Shown: positions 49,463 through 59,598, counted from the stretch's first letter. The stretch is 64,000 bases of DNA from an uncultured Gemmatimonadaceae bacterium (GCA_963790305.1 CAWBOC010000005.1:416001-480000); one strand, 5' to 3'. Numbers and translations are program-made. The notes: generated by a model from the letters alone, not told the origin.

Positions 49463-50017
49463 ATGAAGCGCGTCGTTTCGTTGTTTGCCGCCGTCGCCAT
49501 GACCGTTGTCATGGGTGCGAGCGCCGCCGAAGCGCAGAGTCCGATTCGGTTTGGCCTTGCGGGCGGGCTGACACTGCCGCAGTCCGATCTCGGAGACGTG
49601 TTCGAGAGCGGTTTCCATGGTCAGGTAATGCTCGGCTTCGGCATGATGGCCTTGCCGGTCAAGCTGCGCGCGGACCTGACGTATCACAGCCTTGGTATCG
49701 AAGGCGACGGCGGTATCGGCTTCGATGACGACGATGATCTGCGCGTGATCAGCGGTGCGCTCAACGCCATCGTCGGCATGGGTGGCATTGGAGTGAAGCC
49801 GTACCTCACGGGTGGTGTCGGTCTCTACAACTCGAAGTTCGGTGACTTTGACGCCGAGAATGACTTCGGTCTCAATGGTGGTGTGGGCCTCGAGTTCAGT
49901 CTGACCGGTATGAGCACGTTCCTCGAAGTCCGCTACATCAAGGTCTTCGTTGGCGATGATGACGGCGAGGACATCAGCGCCGCGATCGTGCCGATCACGT
50001 TCGGGATCATGTTCTAA
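49463..50017 (+). CDS. Small outer-membrane beta-barrel protein
   Basis: Signal peptide AEA-Q, alternating amphipathic strands, KPYLTGGVG, C-terminal Phe. Confidence 0.85.
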   Translation: MKRVVSLFAAVAMTVVMGASAAEAQSPIRFGLAGGLTLPQSDLGDVFESGFHGQVMLGFGMMALPVKLRADLTYHSLGIEGDGGIGFDDDDDLRVISGALNAIVGMGGIGVKPYLTGGVGLYNSKFGDFDAENDFGLNGGVGLEFSLTGMSTFLEVRYIKVFVGDDDGEDISAAIVPITFGIMF

Positions 50018-50112
50018 AGCGGCTGCGAACTGCGAGCTGCGAACGAAAGGCTCTCGGGAAGCTAGATTTCCCGGGGGCCTTTTGTTTCGCAGCTCCCCAG
50101 TTCGCAGCCGCT
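50018..50112. repeat. Long imperfect inverted repeat built partly from CTGCGA(A/G) heptamers, terminator-like
   Basis: AGCGGCTGCGAACTG...CAGTTCGCAGCCGCT outer arms; AAAGGC..CGGGAA/TTTCCCG..GCCTTT inner stem. Confidence 0.75.
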
Positions 50113-50281
50113 ATTTGTCTCTCGCCTTGGACGAACCCGCGTCCATTCCGGATGGCACCCGTATCGCCGCGGGGGGCGAACGCGTCTATAAGTGACGGTG
50201 ACACAACGAAGTAGCGAACGCTCTCGGGCGGCATCTGCCGTGCGTCGAAGCGTCATCGACCTCATCCGCGGAAGCGACACC

Positions 50282-51460
50282 ATGCGGCCGATACTCTCGT
50301 CACGCGCAGTCCTCATTTTCGCTCTGTCTTCGGTCTTCCCGGTCACCGGGATCGCGCAGTCACGTCACGCGATCGCGTTCCACCTGGGGCGCAACGATGC
50401 GCTTCCGACGGAGGCTACCCTCGGGGGGCTCTCGTACACGTCATGGGCGGGGATGCTCGGCGTGCGCGGAAGTGGAGCGATGTCTCTGGGCCGCGTCGAC
50501 CGTACGCCGAACAACGAAGATGGGACAACGAAAATCACCGCATGGACCGCTGACGCGGATGTCATGCTCTCGCCGTTCCGAATTCTCCCCCCCATCGTCA
50601 CCCTCGGCTTCCGTCCGTTTGCTCTGGCGGGTATCGGCGGTCATGGAGCTCGTTATCCAACCGGAGACCGGGCGTCGGTGGCGACTGTGAGCTACGGCTG
50701 GGGAGTGGCGTGGAATTTCTCTCGTGCGCTTTCGATCGAGTCGACAGCGCGCCGGAGGACACTCCTCCTGAAGGACGACATCGACCTCCCGGCCGGCTTC
50801 GCGAACGACTGGGAGTATCGTGTCGGGATCGGCATCGAATTCGGCGGCCGCCGTCAGCCGGATCGTCCAGCCCGTCGGCGTCGCGACCCGGTCCGAGAGG
50901 ACCGTCATGAGCGCGACGACGCTCGTATCGAGGATCGCCGTCCGCCCGTACTGGCCAAGCCGGGGCGGATGCCGGCAGCGTCGGCCAGCGCAGCCAGCCT
51001 GATTCGCACCGCCAACCGGTACGAAGGCATTCGATACTCGTACGGCGGCGCCAGCCCGACGAAGGGGTTCGACTGCTCCGGGTTCGTGCAGTACGTCTTC
51101 GCACGTCACGGAATCGATCTCCCGAGGACGGCTCGTCAGATCGCCGAAGTTGGCGAGCCGGTGTCGATGAACCGGGATGAGTTGCGTGAGGGGGACCTGC
51201 TCTTTTTCGCCGGCAATGGAACTCGCATCGACCACGTCGCCATTTACCTGGGAGACGACCGCATCATTCACTCGACCGCCAGCGGCGGTGGCGTTCGCGA
51301 GGAAAGTCTGACGTCGGCGCGAGGTGAATGGTTCGACCGGCGCATGGTCGCGGCGCGACGTATCGTCGAGGGTGGCCGGCCTCTGGTACGCCCGAGCGAC
51401 GTGGATCAGGAGCCGGATTCACTGGATCCGCCCGACAAGGCGCCGCCCCCGGCGCGTTAG
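50282..51460 (+). CDS. Beta-barrel-like N-terminal domain fused to NlpC/P60 (C40) peptidase
   Basis: Signal peptide; barrel-like strands ending YRVGIGIEF; charged linker; YSYGG..GFDCSGFV, GDLLFF, HVAIY, IIHS. Confidence 0.85.
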   Translation: MRPILSSRAVLIFALSSVFPVTGIAQSRHAIAFHLGRNDALPTEATLGGLSYTSWAGMLGVRGSGAMSLGRVDRTPNNEDGTTKITAWTADADVMLSPFRILPPIVTLGFRPFALAGIGGHGARYPTGDRASVATVSYGWGVAWNFSRALSIESTARRRTLLLKDDIDLPAGFANDWEYRVGIGIEFGGRRQPDRPARRRRDPVREDRHERDDARIEDRRPPVLAKPGRMPAASASAASLIRTANRYEGIRYSYGGASPTKGFDCSGFVQYVFARHGIDLPRTARQIAEVGEPVSMNRDELREGDLLFFAGNGTRIDHVAIYLGDDRIIHSTASGGGVREESLTSARGEWFDRRMVAARRIVEGGRPLVRPSDVDQEPDSLDPPDKAPPPAR

Positions 51461-51523
51461 GGCGCCTCGAAACGCGATGCGCGGATGCCACGTACGGAGC
51501 ACCGCCGACTTTTCCAGGATCTC

Positions 51524-52259
51524 ATGATGCGACACACATTCATTGCTCGTTTGGTGGGCGCGCTGGTGGCGGGTGCCGTGCTCACGGCCTCGCCCGTTCA
51601 GGCGCAGTACAGGGACGTCGATGAACCCCGAGGTCCCAGCCGGGCATTCGCCGGCGTCCATCTCGATGGTGGCCCAGCCGTTAGGCGAGTTCGACGACTA
51701 CATCGACTGGGGCGGCGGCATCGGCGGCGAGTTTCTGTACGCCTTCGACAGCCAGGGTGCCGTCGGGCTCCGGGCCAATCTTGGAATCATGATCTACGGG
51801 CACGAGACGAAGCGCGTACCCCTGAGCGAGACGCTCGGCCGCATTCGCGTCGATGTCAGCACCAGCAACAACATCTTCGTGTTCGGCGTCGGCCCGCAGG
51901 TGATGCTGCCCAGTGGCGCCGTTCGCCCGTATCTGAACGGCACGGTGGGGCTCTCGTATTTCTTCACGCGCTCCTCGGTCGAGGGAAGCGCCGATCTCGA
52001 GCCGTTCGCGAGCTCGACGAACTTCGATGACGCGACGTTCGCGTGGGCAGCCGGCGGAGGATTGTACATCCCGCTTCGCAAGGGACGGAAGAATCCGTTG
52101 TCGCTCGACATTGGTGCGCAGTATCACGCCAATGGGGAAGCGCGCTACCTGCGTGAAGGGAGCATTCAGGAAGACGGGACAGGCGACATCTTCTTCGATC
52201 CGATTCGCAGCCAGACCAACTTGATCACCTATCGCCTCGGGATCACGGTGGGGCTGTAA
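51524..52259 (+). pseudogene. Outer-membrane beta-barrel protein with +1 frameshift near 51665 (error or pseudogene)
   Basis: Signal peptide in the 51485 frame, barrel (RPYLNGTVG...YRLGITVGL) in the 51543 frame. Removing one base in CTCG (51662-51665) joins them. Confidence 0.75.
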
Positions 52260-52326
52260 GCGCTGCGAACCGCGAACTGCGAGCGCCGCCTTTCGGGATC
52301 TGACAGCGGCGGTAGAATTGAGTCTC

Positions 52327-54115
52327 ATGACTCTCCGCCACCTTCCGCTCGCATTCGCCGCCCCGCTCCTGATCGCGTGCGCGCGCACCGCCGCCGTTCC
52401 CGCACCATCCACGACCGCCTCGAGCGACACCGCCGAGGCGCGTCGTGTTTTCGAGGGCAACATCAGCGCCATTCATCAGCGCGATCGGGCGCGGTACCTC
52501 TCCTACTACCTCGCATTCTGATCGTCTGGCGCGCACCGGTCCAGGCGGCCTCGAGCTCGGCTTCGACGGCTGGTCCGCTCGGCGTGATTCGACCTGGCCC
52601 GACACGCTCGTCGCGCGCGACCTGAGACTCGTGCCCGTCGCGCCTGGTGTCGTGTACGGTACCTATCACTACCGAGTGACGCAGTCCGGTGTGACGAGTG
52701 AGGGCGTGTCGGAGCGCGTGTTCGTCCGCACGCCACAGGGGTGGAGAATTGCGGTGAGCACGGCGTTCGGGCTGCCGGCAAACGCCGCGCCTCCGCCGGT
52801 CGCCCTCGTTGGCGGAACCCTCGTCAATCCAGGAGCGTCACCGGTCGCCAACGCCACGGTGGTGGTCGTGGGCGGGCGGATCGTGTGTGCGGGCCCGGCA
52901 TCGGCGTGCGCTCCGCCCCCAACCGCTGAAGTCGTCCGCGTCGATGGCGCTTTCATCGCTCCAGGTCTGATCGACGCGCACGTCCACTATTCACAGACCG
53001 GATGGGTCGACGGCAGGCCCGATGCGATCGATCTCCGCGCCGAGTTCCCCTATGACTCCGTCAACTCGGCCATGCGGATGGAGAAGAGCCGCTTCGACCG
53101 AGCCTATCTCTGCTCGGGGATCACATCCGTCTTCGACGTCGGCGGATATCCGTGGACGATCCCACTCATGCAGGCCAACGAGCGTGCGCTCGACGCACCG
53201 CGCGTCGTCGCCGCGGGTCCGTTGCTCGCTACGGTGGACCACTGGTTGAATACGCCGACCATGCGGCAGTTCGTCCACATGGCGAGCGATTCGGCGACAC
53301 GTCGCGCGGTGCGCGAGAATGCGTACTTCGGGTCGCGCGCGATCAAGGTGTGGTACCTTCAGCCGAGCGACTCGCTCCGCCCGGTAATGCGCGCGCGACT
53401 GGAGCTCGCGGGAGAAGAAGCCCGGCGCGCCAAATTGCCCTTCATCGTGCACGCCACGCAGCTCGCGCGCGCGAAGGAGGCAATCCGTGCCGGGGCAAAC
53501 GTGCTCGTGCACTCCGTGGCGCCGGAGGCGATCGACGATGAGTTCATCGCGCTGGCGAAGGAGCGCGGCACGATCGTGATTCCGACGCTGACGGTCTACG
53601 AGGGCTATGCCGACGTGTTCGCGGGCCGCTCGCCGGCCGCCCGCTACCCACTCGACTGCGTCGACCGCAGCACGCGCGCGAAGCTCGAGAGGGTACTGCC
53701 GGAAGCGCAGCGCGCGCCGGGGCTGGAAGGGCTGGTGCGCCGTGGCCGGGCCGATTCGCTGTACGCCGCGATCGCGCGAAACGTGCGCCGGATGCGCGAC
53801 GCCGGCGTGCCGATCGCGGTCGGTACGGACGCCGGGAATCCTGGGACGGCGCACGGTCCGAGTCTCTATCGCGAGATGGAAGCACTGCAGTCGGCGGGGA
53901 TGTCGGCCGCGGAGGTGCTCGCGTCGACGACCATCGTTGCCGCTCGCGCCATGGGGCGCGCGTCGGACGTTGGGACGATCGAAGCGGGCAAGCTCGCCGA
54001 CCTGATCGTCCTCGACGCGGACCCGCTCGCGGACATCGCCAACGCACGACGCGTCCGTCTCGTCATGAAGGGCGGCGCCCTCTACGGACGAAACGAGCTT
54101 CTGCCGCGCCGCTGA
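52327..54115 (+). pseudogene. Amidohydrolase lipoprotein with N-terminal NTF2/SnoaL-like domain, +1 frameshift near 52513 (error or pseudogene)
   Basis: Lipobox LIAC in the 52318 frame; PGLIDAHVH, IKVW, VHA, VHS, GTDAGN, GKLADL in the 52445 frame. One-base removal gives SYYL-HSDRL. Confidence 0.8.
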
Positions 54116-54134
54116 TCAGCGACGCGGCAGAAGC
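54097..54134. terminator. Near-perfect 38-bp palindrome between convergent genes
   Basis: GCTTCTGCCGCG-C-CGCTGATCAGCG-A-CGCGGCAGAAGC, centred on the TGA stop. Confidence 0.6.
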
Positions 54135-54142
54135 GGTACTGC

Positions 54143-54415
54143 CTAACGGGATGAGCGCTTGCGAGATGAGCGCTTGCGACCGCCTGAGGCACGCTTGCGA
54201 CCGCCGCTCTTGCGGCGCGGGACCTTGGCGCCCTTCTTCCGCGCTTCGGAGAGGCCGATCGCGATCGCCTGCTTGCGGCTCTTGACGCGACCGCCCTTTC
54301 CACCGGGCCCGCTGCGCAATGTTCCCTTCTTGCGGCGTCGCATCGCGCTTTCGACGCGCTTGGTTGCGGCGCGACCATACTTGCGCCGTCCTCCAGACTT
54401 CTTTCTCGCGGCCAT
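54143..54415 (-). CDS. Small highly basic protein (DUF6496-like)
   Basis: KGTLRSG...VKSRKQAIAIGLSEARKKGAKVP; GGAG SD; 15-bp tandem repeat at 54150-54179 in the tail. Confidence 0.85.
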   Translation of the reverse strand: MAARKKSGGRRKYGRAATKRVESAMRRRKKGTLRSGPGGKGGRVKSRKQAIAIGLSEARKKGAKVPRRKSGGRKRASGGRKRSSRKRSSR

Positions 54416-54538
54416 GGGATCTCCAGTGAGTTACGACTGTCTCCGGGGTCGGTGCAATCGCCGCGCCGCACGTGAGTGCGGGCAAGAGGCAGCTCACATC
54501 AACGTGACGCGCGGGATGCCGCGCGCTAACTTCGTGGC

Positions 54539-56143
54539 ATGAATCATCTCCTTCGTCTCCACATCGCCGCCCTCGCTTTCCTGTGTGCGGTGCCGCTCTC
54601 CGCGCAACGTCGGCCGGTCGCAGGTGCGCCGCGTCCGTTGCCGGATCCCGCACGCGCTCCAACGCTGGTCGTGTTTCTCACCGTCGATCAGCTCCGGCCA
54701 GACTACTTCGAGCGCTGGCGCACGCAGCTCACCGGCGGACTCGGGCGACTCGCGCGCGGCGGAGCGTTCTACACCAACGCCTTTCAGGACCACGCGCTCA
54801 CCGAGACCGCACCCGGTCACGCCGCCACGATGTCCGGACGGTTTCCACGTCGCACGGGCATCGTACGCAACTCGGCGGGCGTACAGGATCCGCAGCAGCC
54901 GTTGATTGGTGCCCGCGGAGCGGGAGCATCGCCTTTTCGCTTTCGTGGCACCACGCTGACGGATTGGCTGCGCACGAAGAATCCTCGTTCGCGTGCGCTC
55001 TCGGTATCCGGCAAGGATCGCGGTGCCATTCTTCCGATTGGCCGTGACGCACAGCAGGTGTTCTGGTACGCATCGCCGGGTTTGTTCACGACGAGCACCT
55101 ATTACGCGGACACGCTGCCCGATTGGATCCGTCGCTTCAACGAGCGGCGGCTTCCCGACTCTTTGATGGTGAGGCCGTGGACACTGCTCATGGCCGACAG
55201 CGCCTATGCCGAGCCGGACAGCGTCGCCGACGAGGCCAACGCGCGCGATTTCCGGTTTCCGCACGTGGCCGCGAACGATCCTGACTGGGGACTTCCCGCC
55301 ACGCCGTTCTACGATGAGCTCACACTCGGAGTGGCGCTCGAGGGTCTGCGTGCGCTCGAGCTCGGGGCCGGACCTCAGACCGACATTCTCGCGATCTCCC
55401 TGTCTGCCACCGATTACATTGGACACAAGTATGGGCCGGACTCGCGCGAGATCCATGACCAGATCCTCCGGCTCGATCGCGCCCTCGGTGCGTTTCTCGA
55501 TACGTTGTTTACCCTCCGTGACTCGACGAAGGTGATCATCGCGCTCACGGCCGATCACGGCGTGGCGTCGTTTCCGGAAGTGCACACGCGGCGCACTGGA
55601 GAAGAGGCGTTTCACGTCGACGTCGCGCCGGTGGTGTCTCGTGTTCGCGCGCAGATGGCCGCGCGCGGCGGCGACAGCACGGCGCTGCAGTTCGACGCGG
55701 GGATGATTTTCCTCGATCGTCGGGCGATGACGCGTGCACGCATCAACTCGGACTCACTCCTCCGCGCCCTCGCCCGCACGCTCGCCGCGCTTCCCGGAGT
55801 CGCGCGAGTAAACCGGCCGAGTGACCTCGGTATGCGAGACACGACGACCGATGCCTCCGCGCGGCGCTGGCTCCACACGATCGCGCCTGATGTTCCCGTG
55901 GAACTCGTCGTGACGCTGCGCCCGTACAGCGTGTGGAACACGACGCCACGGTACGCCGAACACGGTTCGCCAAACGATTACGACGCGCACGTCCCCGTGA
56001 TCCTGTACGGACCGCCCTTTTCACCAGGGCGTCGTACGCGGCCGGCGCGCGTGGTCGATATTGCGCCGACGCTCGCGTGGGCGACATCGACGGTGCCGCT
56101 CGAGCCGCTGGATGGGCGCGTGCTTTGGGACGCGCTCCGGTAG
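54539..56143 (+). CDS. Alkaline phosphatase superfamily protein (PafA/NPP-like)
   Basis: TVDQLRPDY, TETAPGHAT (Thr nucleophile), SGKDRGAI, TDYIGHKYGP, TADHG, HGSP..YDAHVP. Confidence 0.93.
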   Translation: MNHLLRLHIAALAFLCAVPLSAQRRPVAGAPRPLPDPARAPTLVVFLTVDQLRPDYFERWRTQLTGGLGRLARGGAFYTNAFQDHALTETAPGHAATMSGRFPRRTGIVRNSAGVQDPQQPLIGARGAGASPFRFRGTTLTDWLRTKNPRSRALSVSGKDRGAILPIGRDAQQVFWYASPGLFTTSTYYADTLPDWIRRFNERRLPDSLMVRPWTLLMADSAYAEPDSVADEANARDFRFPHVAANDPDWGLPATPFYDELTLGVALEGLRALELGAGPQTDILAISLSATDYIGHKYGPDSREIHDQILRLDRALGAFLDTLFTLRDSTKVIIALTADHGVASFPEVHTRRTGEEAFHVDVAPVVSRVRAQMAARGGDSTALQFDAGMIFLDRRAMTRARINSDSLLRALARTLAALPGVARVNRPSDLGMRDTTTDASARRWLHTIAPDVPVELVVTLRPYSVWNTTPRYAEHGSPNDYDAHVPVILYGPPFSPGRRTRPARVVDIAPTLAWATSTVPLEPLDGRVLWDALR

Positions 56144-56151
56144 AGCGCCAA

Positions 56152-56778
56152 ATGGCCGAGGGTCGCCGACGGGACGCGCGTCGCAACGGGATCGTCGCGC
56201 TACACCGCGCGCTCGATGAAGCGCGCTTCGGACGCGAGCGGACGCTGAACCTGCGTGCAACCCTCCCCCGGCCCAAGGAAGCCGAAGTCCGCTGCGAGGC
56301 GTGGCTGCGTGAGCGTCAGGTGGCCAAGTCGGACGAGCTGCTCGTGATCACCGGACGCGGGATCAACAGCTGGGACGGGGAATCGGTCGTGCGCGAAGCG
56401 ATCGTACGGCTCCTGGGCTCGCTGCGCCGACGCGGCGTCGTCGACGCATGGCACGAGCACACGCCCGGGTCATTCGTCGTGACCGTTGCGCCGCTTCGCG
56501 CGCTTCGTGAGTCGCCCCGTCGCTCCGGCGAGCGTCGGAGAATCACGACCGATCCTGTCGCGCTCCGTGGCATCGCGCCTTCGACGCGCGCCCGCCTGCG
56601 GGAGCTCGCGCAGCTCGCACTCGAGCAGCTCGGCATTCGGGACACCAATGCGTTCCTCGAGGATGAGATGGTTGCGCAGTTCTCGATGCTGGCGCGCGGG
56701 GTTCCGGAGGGACCCGATCGCGAGCAACGGCTCCGCGCCGCGATCGAGCGGACCATTGACGACTACATAGCGCGCTGA
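56152..56778 (+). CDS. Smr/MutS2-like domain protein
   Basis: TLNLR, LLVITGRGINS, PGSFVV. Confidence 0.75.
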   Translation: MAEGRRRDARRNGIVALHRALDEARFGRERTLNLRATLPRPKEAEVRCEAWLRERQVAKSDELLVITGRGINSWDGESVVREAIVRLLGSLRRRGVVDAWHEHTPGSFVVTVAPLRALRESPRRSGERRRITTDPVALRGIAPSTRARLRELAQLALEQLGIRDTNAFLEDEMVAQFSMLARGVPEGPDREQRLRAAIERTIDDYIAR

Positions 56779-56873
56779 CGCGCGGCGGCGTACTCTTCCC
56801 GGGCTCGAGCGTCCGCGATGTCGCGGACCTGTTGCCATCCTCCCGGCGTTGCGCCCTGAGCTTCTTCGGAAAA

Positions 56874-57473
56874 ATGCCTTTCTTCGAGAATGGGCGCGAC
56901 GAGAGCGCCGGGCGCGACCGTGGCGAGCCCCCTGAGCAGGCTCCCGCGGTACCCACCGCTCGATCACCCTACGATGTGCTCCTCGGGCTGATCGATGAGG
57001 TTATCGGTGAGTGGCGGACCCTGGTAATGCGAGAGCCGTGGGCGAAGCTCCCTGGATCGCGCCTCGTCGACTCATTTCCAGACATCCTGCCCAAGATGCT
57101 TCGTCTCGCGCGCTCGGGCGCGACGCACATCGACGATGGGTTACGCGACCTGATCGCCAATGCGCACGGACACTTTCGTCGCCTCGATGGCGTGCCGCTC
57201 ACGTCCGTGACTGAAGAGTGGGCCCATCTCAAGCGGGCGTGCCGCTGCGTGCTGGACACGCACGGGATTAGCAATGGTGACGCCGACCGCGCCATGGAGC
57301 GTCTCGACATCCTCGTCGACGACGCGGTGGGGTATACGCTGCGAGGCTATTATCGTCCCGAGCTCGATTCACTCCGGGGGCGCGGTCTGGAGCGGCGCGA
57401 AGGCGCCGACCGGCGCGAGATCTCCGATCGACGCAGAGGGACTCAGGATCGGCGCGATCGTGGCGAGAGCTGA
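56874..57473 (+). CDS. Helical hypothetical protein (RsbRD-N-like) with C-terminal [DE]RR repeats
   Basis: W..LV, AHGHFRRLDG, EEWAHLK, LRGYY; tail ERR/DRR x4. Confidence 0.7.
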   Translation: MPFFENGRDESAGRDRGEPPEQAPAVPTARSPYDVLLGLIDEVIGEWRTLVMREPWAKLPGSRLVDSFPDILPKMLRLARSGATHIDDGLRDLIANAHGHFRRLDGVPLTSVTEEWAHLKRACRCVLDTHGISNGDADRAMERLDILVDDAVGYTLRGYYRPELDSLRGRGLERREGADRREISDRRRGTQDRRDRGES

Positions 57474-59598
57474 GCGGGTCGCCTGGCGAGAACGCGTCGC
57501 CGGATACGTCGCAGTCGCCGCCGCCCTCATCCTTGTCGCTCCCGGCGCGCGGGCGCAGGACATGGTCGGCTACAGTGCGCGCACGACGGCGGCTCAGCGC
57601 GCGCTCGAGCGTAGCGTCGCGCGAAGACCGGACGCAGCGCGTGCGATGGCCCACTCACGTGCGCTCTCCGCGCGCAGCCACATCGCCGGGACTCCCGCGC
57701 AGGCGATCACCCGCGACTACGTGATCGATCGCATGCGTGAGTGGGGTCTCGAGATCGAGACGCGTGAGTATCAGGTCTGGATGCCCCATTCTACCGAAGC
57801 GCGCGTGTGGCGGGTGTCGCCTGATACACTGGAGCTCGTGCTCGCCGAGGGGCCGATCCCCGGCGACTCCGTCACCATGGAGTCGGGTCAGATCGTCATG
57901 GCGAACGGGTACTCCGGTGCGGGCGACGTCTCGGGGGAGGTCGTCTACGTCAATTATGGATTGATCGAGGACTACGCGCGCCTGGATTCGTTAGGTGTGT
58001 CCGTGAAGGGGAAAGTCGCCATCGCGCGCTACGGACGGTCGTTTCGCGGCATCAAAGCGCGCGAAGCGGAGCGCAACGGCGCCGCCGCGCTGCTCCTCTA
58101 CAGCGATCCGGCCGACGACGGTTTCGTGCGAGGCGACGCCTACCCCGAGGGTCCAATGCGTCCGGCCACGGGCGTCCAGCGCGGCAGCGTGATGAACGGC
58201 ACTGGAGACCCCACCACGCCAGGGTGGGCGAGCGTGCGTGGCGCGCGGCGTCTCCCGCTCGATTCCGCGCGCGTCCCGCGAATCCCCGTGATTCCGCTGT
58301 CGTGGAGCAATGCGGCCGAGCTGCTCCGCGACATTCGCGGGACCGTGATTCCGCAGGAATGGCAGGGCGGACTTCCGTTTCGCTACCACGTTGGACCCGG
58401 GCCGGTGCGCGCTCGCGTCGTCGTGAGGCTCGACACTGCGGCCAACGCCATCAAGTCCATTTGGAACACATACGGCACGATCCGCGGAACGACCTATCCC
58501 AACCAACTCGTCGTGCTCGGCGCGCATCGGGACTCCTGGGGGCCGGGAGCGGTCGACAATGTGAGCGGGACGGTCAGCATTCTCGAGGCCGCACGGGCGA
58601 TCGCCGAGGAAGCGCGTGCGGGCCGTCGGCCGAAGCGGACCATTGTGTTCGCGACCTGGGACGCCGAGGAGTGGGGACTCATCGGGTCGACCGAGTATGT
58701 CGAGGACGATTCGGCGCGCCTCACGAGTGGCGCGGTGGCGTACCTCAATCAGGATGTCGCGGTCGGCGGACCGAGCTTTGGAAGCGGTGGGTCGCCCTCA
58801 CTGCGTGCTGTGCTGCGCGACGTCGCCAAGGGCATCGACGACCCCTCCGGGCGTGGCACCATCTACACAGCGTGGCGCGCGGCAGCTGCGGTTGCCGATA
58901 CGGTGGAGCCGGCCATGGGAGATCCCGGCGGCGGATCGGACTTCGCGGGGTTCTACAACCACCTCGGGATTCCGCATCTCGACTGGGGATTCGGCGGGCC
59001 GGGAGGCGTGTATCACTCGGCGTACGATACGTTCGAATGGATGTCGCGGTTCGGCGATCCGGGTTTCCGCCGTCACGCCGCGGCCGCCCAGGTGGGCGCG
59101 ACGCTCGCGTTTCGGCTGGCGAATGCGGATGTGCTGCCTTACGACTACGCCGAGTTCGCGCGAACGATGCGGGCGCACGTGCCGGCGTTGGAGCGTGCGG
59201 TGCGAGAGCGCGGCTGGGAGATATCCGTCGATACGTTGGCGCGGGCGATCGAGGGCATGCATCGAGCTGCCGTCGAGCTAGCGCGGGTGCGCGATGCCGC
59301 GCTGGCCAAGTCCTCGCTCCCGCGGCGCACTACCGAGCGCGCAAACGAGGCGCTGCTGCGCGTAGAGCGCGTGCTCACGCGCCCTGAGGGGCTGCGAACA
59401 CGGCCCTGGTTTCGCGGGCTCATCTACGCGGCCGACGAGAACAACGGCTACTCGACAATGGTCCTCCCCTCGGTGAACGAGGCCATTCGCGCCAGCGATC
59501 GGCCGCTTGCCGTCCGAGAGGTGGCCGACCTGGCCGGGCGTTTCGCGGCGGCAACTCGCGCCCTCGACGAGGCAGCCGCGGCCCTTCGGGGTCGGTGA
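57460..59598 (+). CDS. M28 family peptidase (glutamate carboxypeptidase II/transferrin-receptor-like, PA domain)
   Basis: YVNYG..EDY, IARYG, LYSDPADDG, VQRGSV, GAHRDSW, VDNVSG, WDAEEWG, GSDF, YHSAYD. Confidence 0.94.
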   Translation: MARAERVAWRERVAGYVAVAAALILVAPGARAQDMVGYSARTTAAQRALERSVARRPDAARAMAHSRALSARSHIAGTPAQAITRDYVIDRMREWGLEIETREYQVWMPHSTEARVWRVSPDTLELVLAEGPIPGDSVTMESGQIVMANGYSGAGDVSGEVVYVNYGLIEDYARLDSLGVSVKGKVAIARYGRSFRGIKAREAERNGAAALLLYSDPADDGFVRGDAYPEGPMRPATGVQRGSVMNGTGDPTTPGWASVRGARRLPLDSARVPRIPVIPLSWSNAAELLRDIRGTVIPQEWQGGLPFRYHVGPGPVRARVVVRLDTAANAIKSIWNTYGTIRGTTYPNQLVVLGAHRDSWGPGAVDNVSGTVSILEAARAIAEEARAGRRPKRTIVFATWDAEEWGLIGSTEYVEDDSARLTSGAVAYLNQDVAVGGPSFGSGGSPSLRAVLRDVAKGIDDPSGRGTIYTAWRAAAAVADTVEPAMGDPGGGSDFAGFYNHLGIPHLDWGFGGPGGVYHSAYDTFEWMSRFGDPGFRRHAAAAQVGATLAFRLANADVLPYDYAEFARTMRAHVPALERAVRERGWEISVDTLARAIEGMHRAAVELARVRDAALAKSSLPRRTTERANEALLRVERVLTRPEGLRTRPWFRGLIYAADENNGYSTMVLPSVNEAIRASDRPLAVREVADLAGRFAAATRALDEAAAALRGR

